DNA of 64,000 nt. Origin: an uncultured Desulfosarcina sp. GTDB taxonomy: Bacteria > Desulfobacterota > Desulfobacteria > Desulfobacterales > Desulfosarcinaceae. Position 1 is the stretch's first letter. Each line of letters starts with the position of its first letter. Of the stretch, positions 17,994 through 27,334 are shown piece after piece. The DNA is taken from NCBI GenBank assembly GCA_963674945.2, contig CAXXWQ010000001.1:288001-352000 (forward strand), given 5' to 3'. The translations under genes and the position numbers were made by a program. The notes beneath the pieces were generated by a model. It saw nothing but the letters and a program-made list of their open reading frames with translations. It was not told where the DNA came from and made no database searches.

Positions 17994-18773
17994 ATGATCA
18001 CCATTACCATCGACGGCACGGACTACCTTTGTCAGGAGGGCCAAACCGTTCTTGCGGTAGCCCGGGAAAACGATATCGACATTCCGACCCTCTGTTTCCA
18101 CCCGGCTCTCAAACCATCCGGATCTTGCAAGCTGTGCGCGGTACAGGTCCAGGGAAGGACGAGTGGAAAGCCAATCGCCATGCTCTCTTGTATCCTGAAA
18201 GTCAAGGAGGGGCTGGAAGTCAAAACCTACGGCTCCATTGTGGATGCGGCGCGGACCGCCGCCTTTGCGAATCTGCTTCGCATGGCACCGGAATCGAAAC
18301 GGTTGCGGGAAATGGCAGCCGCCCATGGCGTCGATATGGGACCACCGCCCGACGGTTGTGTCCGCTGTCGTCTATGCATTCGGGTCTGCAAGGAAATTGT
18401 AGGGGCCGATGCATTGAAAATGAAGAAAATAGACGGGATCTCCTTCGTCGTGGCCGAACCGGATCGCTGCATCGGCTGCGGCACCTGCGCAAATATCTGT
18501 CCCACCAATGCCATTCGCATCGAAGATCAGGATAATGTGCGAACCATTTCGATCCGGGACGAAACCATCGGGAAACATCCCCTGGAGCGCTGTGAGGGAT
18601 GCGGCCGATGGTTTGCTACCACCCGGTTCATGGATTTCATTCACCAGCGAACGGAACCGCACCCCCATGTAAAAGAGGAACACCGATATTGCCACACCTG
18701 TGCCAAACTTTTTTCCGACCGGGCGCGTGCCGCTTTCGACCATACGGTGAAGACGACCATGCCCGGACACTGA
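17994..18773 (+). CDS. [2Fe-2S]/[4Fe-4S] protein (HoxU/NuoG-N-like)
   Basis: IPTLC...GSCKLC...SC 2Fe-2S motif; CVRCRLCIRVC; CIGCGTCANICP; two C-terminal CxxC. Confidence 0.9.
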   Translation: MITITIDGTDYLCQEGQTVLAVARENDIDIPTLCFHPALKPSGSCKLCAVQVQGRTSGKPIAMLSCILKVKEGLEVKTYGSIVDAARTAAFANLLRMAPESKRLREMAAAHGVDMGPPPDGCVRCRLCIRVCKEIVGADALKMKKIDGISFVVAEPDRCIGCGTCANICPTNAIRIEDQDNVRTISIRDETIGKHPLERCEGCGRWFATTRFMDFIHQRTEPHPHVKEEHRYCHTCAKLFSDRARAAFDHTVKTTMPGH

Positions 18774-18776
18774 CAG

Positions 18777-18820
18777 GTGCCCATCCATAAATGACAAATT
18801 TGCCCGATATCTACGTTAGA
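18777..18820. repeat. Partial copy of MITE-like subfamily A end
   Basis: GTGCCCATCCATAAATGACAAATTTGCCCGATATC, close to the reverse complement of 17365-17399. Confidence 0.7.
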
Positions 18821-18847
18821 ATTAAAACTCTTATAAATTTCAAACAA

Positions 18848-18913
18848 TTAAAATCATCCCACAAAAAAAGCCCCTTCCATTGGGAAGGGGCTTTTTTTGT
18901 GGGATGATTTTAA
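18848..18913. terminator. Bidirectional terminator within a 31-bp perfect inverted repeat
   Basis: TTAAAATCATCCCACAAAAAAAGCCCCTTCC-ATTG-GGAAGGGGCTTTTTTTGTGGGATGATTTTAA between convergent operons. Confidence 0.85.
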
Positions 18914-18914
18914 A

Positions 18915-19811
18915 CTATACGTCCAGCCAGCTATCCGAATAGAGGGTTTTTCCCATGATGACGTCCACGGTCTTGGCGTAGTCCAGCATCTCCTTGGAAA
19001 GACTAGCGCGATCGGGCTCGGTGCCGTCGAGCATGCCGTAGATCAGATCCACGATGTCCTGTCGTTCGCCCTTGGCGATGGCCGTTAGTTGCTCGTCCCG
19101 AGGATCGGAGATGACCGATTCCATGCCGCACTTTTGCAGCATGACCATGTAGGTCTGGTTCAGGATCGGACGCAGGTGTTCGGGCGGTCCGTTGGAGATA
19201 TTGGAGAGGCCGCAGGTGCTTTTGGCGCCCGGCGACATATCCGGAATCATCTTCTGGAATTCCATGAGGCTGATGGCTTGGGGCTGTTGGATGTTCACCG
19301 GGGTCACGATGCCGTCCACCCAGATCTTCTCGTTGGGGATGCCGGCTTCGTTGGCGAAGTAGAGCAATTCCACGCACAGGGCGGCGCGTTCGTTTTCGTC
19401 ACGGGGAAGGCCTTCCGGACCCCACATCAGGGCGATGAAGTCCGCATTGTATTCGGCGGCCATGGGAACCATGCGCTCATAGCGTTCGGGACGGCACATG
19501 ATGGAATTGATGATGTGGGGGGTGCCGGCGGGAACCTGCTTGATCACCTTCAAGGCCGCCTCGATGGCATCGATATTGGACGTGTCCAGGGCCAGCGGAA
19601 TGTCCGGCACCACTTCCTGCACCACCTCCACGACCCAGGGCATCAACTCGTGGCCGTCCTTTTTGGCCGGACCCAGGTTGATGTCGATGTAGTCCATCCG
19701 TTTTTCTTTCTGGAAGATGGCCTCTTCCTGGATCGGCTTGGGATCACGCTCCTTGAAGGCGCGGCCGATCTTCGTGGAAATTACATTTAGACTTTCGCCG
19801 ATGAGTAACAT
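18915..19811 (-). CDS. acsE: Methyltetrahydrofolate:corrinoid Fe-S protein methyltransferase
   Basis: Pterin-binding fold: LIGESLN, IDINLGP, LALDTS, INSI, GLSNISNG; last gene of the acs cluster. Confidence 0.9.
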   Translation of the reverse strand: MLLIGESLNVISTKIGRAFKERDPKPIQEEAIFQKEKRMDYIDINLGPAKKDGHELMPWVVEVVQEVVPDIPLALDTSNIDAIEAALKVIKQVPAGTPHIINSIMCRPERYERMVPMAAEYNADFIALMWGPEGLPRDENERAALCVELLYFANEAGIPNEKIWVDGIVTPVNIQQPQAISLMEFQKMIPDMSPGAKSTCGLSNISNGPPEHLRPILNQTYMVMLQKCGMESVISDPRDEQLTAIAKGERQDIVDLIYGMLDGTEPDRASLSKEMLDYAKTVDVIMGKTLYSDSWLDV

Positions 19812-19972
19812 TCTCTCACATCCTTTCTTTGTTCGGCATCATGTTCCGGCCATGATGTGCAGGCCACGAATGACGCGATTGCCTATGAATGGCCGGCATA
19901 CCGGCCAGGAAACGAGGATCGGGATGGACAAAAATGTTCCAGTCCATCCCGATCCGTAAGATCAACTATCGG

Positions 19973-21310
19973 TTACGCTTTGAGGAAGCCGGGAATGTGC
20001 GCGGCTTCCCGGGGACCCACGGTGATGGTCCAGCCGGGCAACTCCTCTTCCACGTCGCCTACGATGGCGGCGGCATAGCCGGGAATGACGATTTCCTGAT
20101 GTTTGATCTTGTCGGTGATGCCGCATTTTTTCACGAACATGCCCACATCGTCGCCGGCGAACTTTCCGGCGGCCCAGGCGGTGAGGACGGAGAGACCCTC
20201 GGAGTCCTTGATGAGCAGCCAGACAGGCTCCTTGCTGGCCTCGACCTCACCGGACACGATGAAGTAGGTGAGGGCGAAGTTTGTGGTCACCAGCACCCTG
20301 GAGTTCTCGTCGGGGTTGTTGATGGGATAGATGCCCTCGGTGACGGTCATGGGCCGTTGCGGATCGGTGAAGATGTTGAGTCGCTCCAGCAGAAGCGGGA
20401 AGATCGATTCACCGGAAAAATCGGACATCACCACGATTCCGCCGTATTTTGCCACATACATGGCGCCGAGCATTGTCTCCACGTCCAGATTGGAGGCCAT
20501 CTCACAGGGAAAAGCGATGGTGGGAAAACCGACGGTGCGGTTTCCGTCCTTCAGGGCCGCACGGCGGAGGGCGATCATGTCCTGGTGAGATTGTTTGGGT
20601 TCCCGGGAGCCCGGATCCAGTACCAGGTCCTTGAGGCCCATGCCGGTGAGTTTCTCCGCCAGGGCGGGCAGGCCATCGATGGAGGCGGCTTTGACACCCA
20701 GTGGCAGATTGTTTTCTTTGGCGATGGTGCCCATGGCGTCGGCGTTGGCTTCGGTTGCACCGTACAGCAGGGGTCGCTTGAACCCGCAGGCCGCGACGCC
20801 GGCCTTCATGACCTCTGGATCCTCACTCATGAGAATCACGTTGAACTCCGAGGTCTCGGCAATCTGTTTGGCCACGGCGGCGAATGCCTCGGCGTTTCCG
20901 TTCGCATCCTTCACGGCCACCAGCTCCGGCCGCAGGTTCAGCCCCACACGTTCAAACTGCAGGGCATTCCAGGCCTTGAGTTTGGCAGTAAGGTCGGCGG
21001 CGGCGATGTCGCTGCCCACCTGGGTTGCCAGAAGGGTCGGATTGTAGAAGGTCTTTTCATGGCGATACTGAACGGTCTCACCGCCGGTCGTGGCTTTGCG
21101 CACGCCGGCACCGACCACGACGGGACGAATTGGGGGAGCCGAGGCTTCGGAAAGTTGGGCCCGGGCTTCTTCGGAAACGTATGGGCAGCTGTCCAGCTCG
21201 GCTTTGCCCGACGCCAGGTTCATGGCGAAGGCAAGGCAGGTGGGGACCCCACACTCCTTACAATTGGTCTTGGGCAACAGTTTGAAAATCTGAATACCGG
21301 TTAATGCCAT
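19973..21310 (-). CDS. acsC: Corrinoid Fe-S protein large (gamma) subunit
   Basis: LPKTNCKECGVPTCLAFA, NIFTDPQRP, TTNFALTY, SVLTAWAAGKF, VGPREA. Confidence 0.97.
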   Translation of the reverse strand: MALTGIQIFKLLPKTNCKECGVPTCLAFAMNLASGKAELDSCPYVSEEARAQLSEASAPPIRPVVVGAGVRKATTGGETVQYRHEKTFYNPTLLATQVGSDIAAADLTAKLKAWNALQFERVGLNLRPELVAVKDANGNAEAFAAVAKQIAETSEFNVILMSEDPEVMKAGVAACGFKRPLLYGATEANADAMGTIAKENNLPLGVKAASIDGLPALAEKLTGMGLKDLVLDPGSREPKQSHQDMIALRRAALKDGNRTVGFPTIAFPCEMASNLDVETMLGAMYVAKYGGIVVMSDFSGESIFPLLLERLNIFTDPQRPMTVTEGIYPINNPDENSRVLVTTNFALTYFIVSGEVEASKEPVWLLIKDSEGLSVLTAWAAGKFAGDDVGMFVKKCGITDKIKHQEIVIPGYAAAIVGDVEEELPGWTITVGPREAAHIPGFLKA

Positions 21311-21418
21311 ACTCTTCTCCTTGTCTGTATGGCCAATTCGCCCGGCCCGATGGGCCGGGGAATCGGTTCATCTGTTAAGTGGGCCGGGCGTGTTTTGCCC
21401 GGTCCGTCGTAAGGTCGG

Positions 21419-23635
21419 TTATCCGCCGATGAGCGGATCCATGGACAGGGCCGGATGACCTTTTTCCTGGAGGAAGGGCAGGATCTCCTCCTCGGTGATG
21501 CCCACGGTTTCATCGGCAATCATGTCGTAAAAGTTGGGAATACCCATATCTTCGCCGGCTTTGATCAGACGCTCCTTGATCTCTTCCTTGAGGATCTTGG
21601 GCATCCAGACCATGCGTTTCAGGCCACCGTCACCCTTGATGAACTTCTTCTGGGTGATATTGAACTTGGAGTGTCCCACGAAACCCGGGGACGAAGCGCC
21701 ACCGCCCATGACGCCGGCCAGGGTGGTGAACTTCATGCCGCAGGGGGTCTCCCCGGCGTAGTCACGGCCCACGGTCATGACTCCGTTGCACGAGGGCAGC
21801 ATGGCGGCGATGCACTCGCAGCAGCCGCAGGTGGTCATGGGATCGATGACCATGGAGTAAAAGTTGTAGTGGGTTACGGCGCCGCGGGAGGCCTTGTAGA
21901 CGAAGTCGTTGACGCCTTTCCACTGGCCCAGCACCGGATCGATGCACTCGCCCTTTTCGATTGGCTGGTTGGGACCGGTGGGGTTGATCTCGTAGGAGGC
22001 CTTGCAGTCCATCCAGTTGTAGGCGCCGCACAGACCGGTCCGTTCGGGGCTGACCGAACAGACGTGGTTGGGTGCGAAAGACTGGCACAGGGTGCAGGAG
22101 TAGTAGATCTCAACATCCTCGTCGGTCATCTTCTCCACACGCTCGTCGCGCATCTTGTACTCGGCACGGGCGCGTTCGGTCAGCTTGGCCACGTCGTCCT
22201 TCTTGGTCTTCAGCGTCACCTGAACCTTATCGAGGATCTTGCCGAAGTCCTGGTGGAACTTGGCATGCAGTACCACGCCGATATCCTTGAGGGTGAAACC
22301 CTTTTCCATGGCGCCCTTGCTGATGCGGATCCAGCTGATGTCGCGCTGACCGATGTGCATGATGCCCTGGATGTAGTTGACCAGGTGGTGGATCTGACGT
22401 TCCAGGATCGGTTCGAAATCCGGTTGCATCTCGCGGCCGGCCACCTGGATGAAGATGCCCAAGGGGAAGGTTTCGCCTTCCTTGAGATCGGTAATGTCCT
22501 TACCGTCGATGATGACCTTGCCGTCTTCGATTTCGTTCATCTCGGCCATCTTGACCAGTTCGGTGCATTGGGTTTTGCCGCCGCCGCATTGGGCATGCAG
22601 GTCGGCGCCGCGTACACGCTCACCCTCGTAAGCCGGACCGAAGGCCAGTGGGATATTGATGTCGGAGACGATGGTCTTCAGACCACGAACCTCGACCGAT
22701 TTCTGGCAGATTTCATCGTGGGGCACGTTGGCGACGACGTGCTCGTAAGTACAGATACCCGTTGGCAGGATCTCGGGAATGTCCGTGTCGGCCAGGGTCG
22801 GAAAACCCCAGTTGACACAGCCGGCGGCGGCCACGCCCCATTCGGTGCCGATGTCGCCAAGGGCGTTGACGAAGGCGAAGATTCGATCCTTGTTGTAGAG
22901 CAGGATCTTCTTGTAATCGCCGGGTTTCACGCCACCGAATGCCATGGCGGCGCGGTTGGCGAAACCGAGGGCGAAGACGGCGGAGCTGATGTCCGGACCA
23001 AAGGGAACGATACGGGTGTTCCATCCGATCTGGACCCCCTGATCCAGCAGCTGCTGGATCACCGAGGTGCCGTTATGATTGGCCGCACAGAAGATGTAGA
23101 GGCTTCGTTTCTGGTAATCTTCGACGATAGCCTTGGCAATCTCCGGTGTGGGTGCTGCGCCGACCACGGCGGCAAAACCGGGGGCCGAGCCGTCCACGAA
23201 CTCCACGCCGCGTTTTCGCAGGATGGTGTCGTCGGCCGGGCCCACCCAGATCTTTCCTGCATCGATGTCCGGGTCTTCTTCAGGGATGTAGAAGTCCGGT
23301 TGGTCCAGGATGCGCAGGGCTTCCATGATCTCGTAGGAGAAGATGGCAGCCATGCCGGCGTCCAGCAGGGGGCCAAGGTAGGGCAGGTGGTTTTTTCCCT
23401 TAATATGGGGGGGCAGAAGGCCCCGTGCAAAATCAAGGGGTTTTTTCAGGTCTTCCAGCGTCTCCACCTTCATGCCGGTCAGCGAATAGATCACCGGCAG
23501 GTAGTAAGCCGTATTGGGAAAACCGATCTTGGTATCGGCGTTGTAGGTGGCCAGCGCCTTTTTGTACATCCCTTCAGCGGTGGAAACCACCTTGTATCCA
23601 CCCTGAATGGCGGCAAATGCGACTAATTTAGACAT
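21419..23635 (-). CDS. acsB: Acetyl-CoA synthase (bacterial-type, with N-terminal domain)
   Basis: PNTAYYLP, YSCTLCQSFAPNHVC, ERTGLCGAY, PMTTCGCCEC A-cluster ligands. Confidence 0.98.
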   Translation of the reverse strand: MSKLVAFAAIQGGYKVVSTAEGMYKKALATYNADTKIGFPNTAYYLPVIYSLTGMKVETLEDLKKPLDFARGLLPPHIKGKNHLPYLGPLLDAGMAAIFSYEIMEALRILDQPDFYIPEEDPDIDAGKIWVGPADDTILRKRGVEFVDGSAPGFAAVVGAAPTPEIAKAIVEDYQKRSLYIFCAANHNGTSVIQQLLDQGVQIGWNTRIVPFGPDISSAVFALGFANRAAMAFGGVKPGDYKKILLYNKDRIFAFVNALGDIGTEWGVAAAGCVNWGFPTLADTDIPEILPTGICTYEHVVANVPHDEICQKSVEVRGLKTIVSDINIPLAFGPAYEGERVRGADLHAQCGGGKTQCTELVKMAEMNEIEDGKVIIDGKDITDLKEGETFPLGIFIQVAGREMQPDFEPILERQIHHLVNYIQGIMHIGQRDISWIRISKGAMEKGFTLKDIGVVLHAKFHQDFGKILDKVQVTLKTKKDDVAKLTERARAEYKMRDERVEKMTDEDVEIYYSCTLCQSFAPNHVCSVSPERTGLCGAYNWMDCKASYEINPTGPNQPIEKGECIDPVLGQWKGVNDFVYKASRGAVTHYNFYSMVIDPMTTCGCCECIAAMLPSCNGVMTVGRDYAGETPCGMKFTTLAGVMGGGASSPGFVGHSKFNITQKKFIKGDGGLKRMVWMPKILKEEIKERLIKAGEDMGIPNFYDMIADETVGITEEEILPFLQEKGHPALSMDPLIGG

Positions 23636-23675
23636 ATCGTATTCCTCCTTCGTTGAGGATATAGTTGAGAGTCAA

Positions 23676-25709
23676 TTACGCGTCCAGGGCCTGACGGTCG
23701 GCCATATCCATGAGGACGCGCTCCCTGGCCTTGTCGATGCCCAGTTCCTTGCGTTTTTTGTCGATGTGGGCGATCATCAGTTGGGCGTGTTTGATCGGAT
23801 CGGGTTCGATATCCCACATACCGCCGTAGATCTTTTCATAGTCCTTGGAGATGTGATCGTGGAACACCGGCGCACCGGAGGTGGGCAGGGTAACGCCGAA
23901 GACCGTATACACACCGGAAACAACGAAGTAATGGCCGATGGAGATGGCCTTCTCGCTCATCCATTCGGGTGCGCTGCCGGCTGCCGGCAGGTCGCAGATG
24001 TCTTTGCCCAGCCCGCCGGCCTTGACCACTTCGGTGGCCGCCAGCAGGATGCGGCTGTTGTCTACACAGGACCCCAGGTGCAGAACCGGCGGTATACCCA
24101 CGACCTCGCAGACTTCGGCCAGGCCCGGGCCACAGTGTACGGCGGCGGATTCCGGGGTCAGCAGGCCCGCCATGGCGCAGGCAATGCCGTTGCAGCCGGT
24201 AGTCAGAACGATGACGTCGTTTTTGATCAGTTCCTTGACGACCTCTATGTGAGCCTCGTTATGACGGGTACGGGCGTTGTTGCAGCCCACTACGCCGGCG
24301 ATGCCGCGGATGCGGCCGTTGATGATGTTGTCGTTGAGGGTGTAGTAGCTGCCGCGGAAGGTGCCGCCCAAATGATACTGGATCGATTCCACGCCGAAAC
24401 CGGCGATCTGGGTGCATTTGTGGCGGGGGATCATCACTTCGCTACTGCGGTTTTGGAAATTGTCGATACCCATTCGTACGATCTTTTCGGCGTCTTCCAG
24501 GGCGTAGTGCTCGTCAAATTCGATGTGGATCACATTGTCCTGCTCCATCTTGGCGATGGGGTGGGTGGTGATCAGTTTTGTGTGGAAACACTTGGCCACA
24601 TTGGCCAGGTTCTGCATGATACATTGGATGTCCACGACCATGGCATCGCAGGCGCCGGTGATGATGGCCAGTTCCTGGGACAGGAAGGTGGTGGCCGACG
24701 GGATGCCGTGGCGCTGCAGGATTTCGTTGGCCGTACAGCATATGCCGCTCAACTGGATGCCCTTGGCGCCCTTGGACTTGGCGTATTCGATGATTTCCGG
24801 TTTCTGGGACACGGCCACGATCATCTCGGAGAGTACCGGCTCATGGCCGTGGACGACGATATTGACGTGGTCTTCCTTCATGACGCCCAGGTTGGCCTCG
24901 GATTGCAGGGGGTAGGGGGTGCCGAAGAGCACGTCCTGGAGGTCGGTGGCCAGCATGGAACCGCCCCAGCCGTCGGCGATGGCGGCGCGGGTCCCCTGTT
25001 TCATCAGGTTTTTATAATCCTGGTCCACGCCCATGTGGGTGCGGTGCATGATTTCGACGATTTCGCGGTCGATATTTCGCGGAATCACGCCGTTTTTCTT
25101 CCATTTTTCGTACAGCGCTGCCGGGGCGCGTTTGGCGAAGAGCAGTTCGCCTTCGTATTTGCCCCATTCATTGAGGGCCTTTTCGGCCACTTCCAGGGCG
25201 ATTTCATCGATGTCGCGGTCCTTGACCTCGCCGTTCACCTCGACGGTAGTTGCGACTTCCAGGAACGGGGCAATTTGCAGCAGCTTGTTGGTGTCTTTGA
25301 TTTTGTAGGCGTCGGTCTCCTTACGAGCGGCCGACATGAAAACCTCGGCCACGCAGCGGCCGTGGTCGGAGTGAGCGGAGGCGCCGCCGGCGATCATGCG
25401 GATGAAGTTACGCGCGGCGATTGTGTTGGCCGTGGCGCCACACAGGCCTTTGCGGGTATCTTCGCCTTCGATGCCACCCTTGGGAAGGGGCAGGCGGCAG
25501 GGACCCATCGAACAATTTTTACAGCAGATGCCCTGAACACCGATGTTACAGGGTTTCATTTGAACGGCGCGGTCGTAGACCGTATCGATGCCCAATTTCT
25601 GGGCCCGGACGATCATTTCCTGGCTGGCCGGGTCTATGGTGGCGGCGATGGGATCGGCCACTTTTGGGTCCGCGGCTTTTTTCGCGACTGGTTTTTTAAT
25701 TTCTGCCAT
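23676..25709 (-). CDS. cooS: Anaerobic Ni,Fe carbon monoxide dehydrogenase
   Basis: CCKNCSMGPC, HSDH, HGHEP, GICCTANE, DIQC, GCNN, TTGC, GSCVDN, EWMSEKA. Confidence 0.98.
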   Translation of the reverse strand: MAEIKKPVAKKAADPKVADPIAATIDPASQEMIVRAQKLGIDTVYDRAVQMKPCNIGVQGICCKNCSMGPCRLPLPKGGIEGEDTRKGLCGATANTIAARNFIRMIAGGASAHSDHGRCVAEVFMSAARKETDAYKIKDTNKLLQIAPFLEVATTVEVNGEVKDRDIDEIALEVAEKALNEWGKYEGELLFAKRAPAALYEKWKKNGVIPRNIDREIVEIMHRTHMGVDQDYKNLMKQGTRAAIADGWGGSMLATDLQDVLFGTPYPLQSEANLGVMKEDHVNIVVHGHEPVLSEMIVAVSQKPEIIEYAKSKGAKGIQLSGICCTANEILQRHGIPSATTFLSQELAIITGACDAMVVDIQCIMQNLANVAKCFHTKLITTHPIAKMEQDNVIHIEFDEHYALEDAEKIVRMGIDNFQNRSSEVMIPRHKCTQIAGFGVESIQYHLGGTFRGSYYTLNDNIINGRIRGIAGVVGCNNARTRHNEAHIEVVKELIKNDVIVLTTGCNGIACAMAGLLTPESAAVHCGPGLAEVCEVVGIPPVLHLGSCVDNSRILLAATEVVKAGGLGKDICDLPAAGSAPEWMSEKAISIGHYFVVSGVYTVFGVTLPTSGAPVFHDHISKDYEKIYGGMWDIEPDPIKHAQLMIAHIDKKRKELGIDKARERVLMDMADRQALDA

Positions 25710-25768
25710 CAGAGGTTCCTCCTCGTATTGATTTCGGCAAAGGTTAACGATTTTTTCATAAATATAGC

Positions 25769-27334
25769 TTAGTAGAGCGGGACACGCCGGTGAACCCAGT
25801 TCAACTTTTCGATAATCTTTTCGGCTTCGGTCTTCTGCACGGCGGCGGCGGTCATGGAGATGACATTGTCGGCTTCCGTTGATTTACGCCCGGCGGCCAT
25901 TTTCTCACGCTCGGCGGCGCGTTTTTGGCGAAGTGTATCTTCTGCGGCCTGGCGTTCGGCGGCCGCTTTGGCTTCGGCCTCTTTTTCCGCCTTGACCTTT
26001 GCTTCGACGTCTGCCTTGGCCTTTGCCTCTGCGTCTGCTTTGGCCTTTGCCTCGGCGTTCGCCTTGGCCTTTGCTTCGGCCTCGGCCTTTGCTTTTGCAT
26101 CTGCTTCGGCCTTGACGGCGGCTTCGGCTTTGGCCTTTGCTTCGGCTTCGGGATCGACTGCCGGTGCGGCCGGGGCAGCGGCCGGTGCCGGTTCGGCTTT
26201 CTTCTCAACGGCCGGTGCAGCCGGTGCAGCGGGTTTTGCGGCGGCCGGTTTCGCAGCTGCCTTGGCTGCCGGTTTGGGTGCCTTTTTCTCTTCCTCAATG
26301 GTCAGGTCCGGCGCCGGTGCCAATGCGGCCAGATCCACGTTTACACCTTCCAGTTTCTTGGCGATGGGGGCAAGATCGGCCAGACTGCCACCGTCCATTG
26401 CCACGTCGATGAAGGCCTTGACCATTCGGATGGATTCCGGATGGCGCATGATGAGGATGTCGGAGCCGGCCATCAGGTAGGTGACGGCACCCACGGCTTC
26501 CATGAGAATGCCGCGTTTTTCCGGATCACCCAAGGTCGGCGCCTCGTCCACGGTTTGTTTGGCTTCCTTGCACTTCCAGACCTCGTTGGCCAGGTTATTG
26601 ATGATGGGCATCTGCAGCTTATCGTCACCCTGGGCCATGGCGGCCATTCGCAAACGTTCCATGACCGAGTAGGAGTACTCGAGACCGTAACCCAGACCAC
26701 CGGTCGTGGGGTCGATGATCACCCGATCCATGGGCATACCCAGGTTCTCCAACAGGATGTTGACCTGCTTGGCAAGGTTGACGTCGATGGGAGAGGAACT
26801 GATGATGGCATGACCGTAGCCCATGGCTGCGGCGCCGATACCCTTGTGGTTCTTGTCTTCCACCGGGCCCAGAACCAACTGGACATCCTGACAGTCCTCT
26901 GCGATCTTTTTGAGGACAGCCTCGTCCTTTTCATGGTTGGCCACACCCCAGACGACCAGGGGAACATCGATGGCAGAGAGCACCTTTTTCACCGTCGCCG
27001 ATGCATCCGCCGGACTGGCGTTGTTGCCATTGGGGTCGGTGCTCTTCAACTGGAGGACGATGATTTCGGCGCCGTACTCCTCCACGCATTTTTTTGCCCA
27101 TGCGGCCGGGTCGGAAACCACATCCTTGAACGGCTCCAATGCTGCTGCTGCCCACTCTTCGGGCTCCATGTCCCAAATTTCCATGGCGATCTTCGGTTTG
27201 TTGGGCATTTTCCCCTCAAACTGATAGAGTGGATAGCAGGTTTCGCCACCAACGGTAACAGCCTTGTCACCCGAGCCGATGGAGATTGCCTTTATCTCAC
27301 CTGCATAGGATTCTTTATAGAATTCAAAAGTCAA
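25769..27334 (-). CDS. acsD: Corrinoid Fe-S protein small (delta) subunit with a long Ala/Lys/Pro/Glu-rich C-terminal extension
   Basis: VGGE...FEG, DVNLAKQ, DPTTGGLGYGLEYSYSVMERLR, MRHP; AAGGAGG RBS before a TTG start; 521 aa. Confidence 0.95.
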   Translation of the reverse strand: MTFEFYKESYAGEIKAISIGSGDKAVTVGGETCYPLYQFEGKMPNKPKIAMEIWDMEPEEWAAAALEPFKDVVSDPAAWAKKCVEEYGAEIIVLQLKSTDPNGNNASPADASATVKKVLSAIDVPLVVWGVANHEKDEAVLKKIAEDCQDVQLVLGPVEDKNHKGIGAAAMGYGHAIISSSPIDVNLAKQVNILLENLGMPMDRVIIDPTTGGLGYGLEYSYSVMERLRMAAMAQGDDKLQMPIINNLANEVWKCKEAKQTVDEAPTLGDPEKRGILMEAVGAVTYLMAGSDILIMRHPESIRMVKAFIDVAMDGGSLADLAPIAKKLEGVNVDLAALAPAPDLTIEEEKKAPKPAAKAAAKPAAAKPAAPAAPAVEKKAEPAPAAAPAAPAVDPEAEAKAKAEAAVKAEADAKAKAEAEAKAKANAEAKAKADAEAKAKADVEAKVKAEKEAEAKAAAERQAAEDTLRQKRAAEREKMAAGRKSTEADNVISMTAAAVQKTEAEKIIEKLNWVHRRVPLY

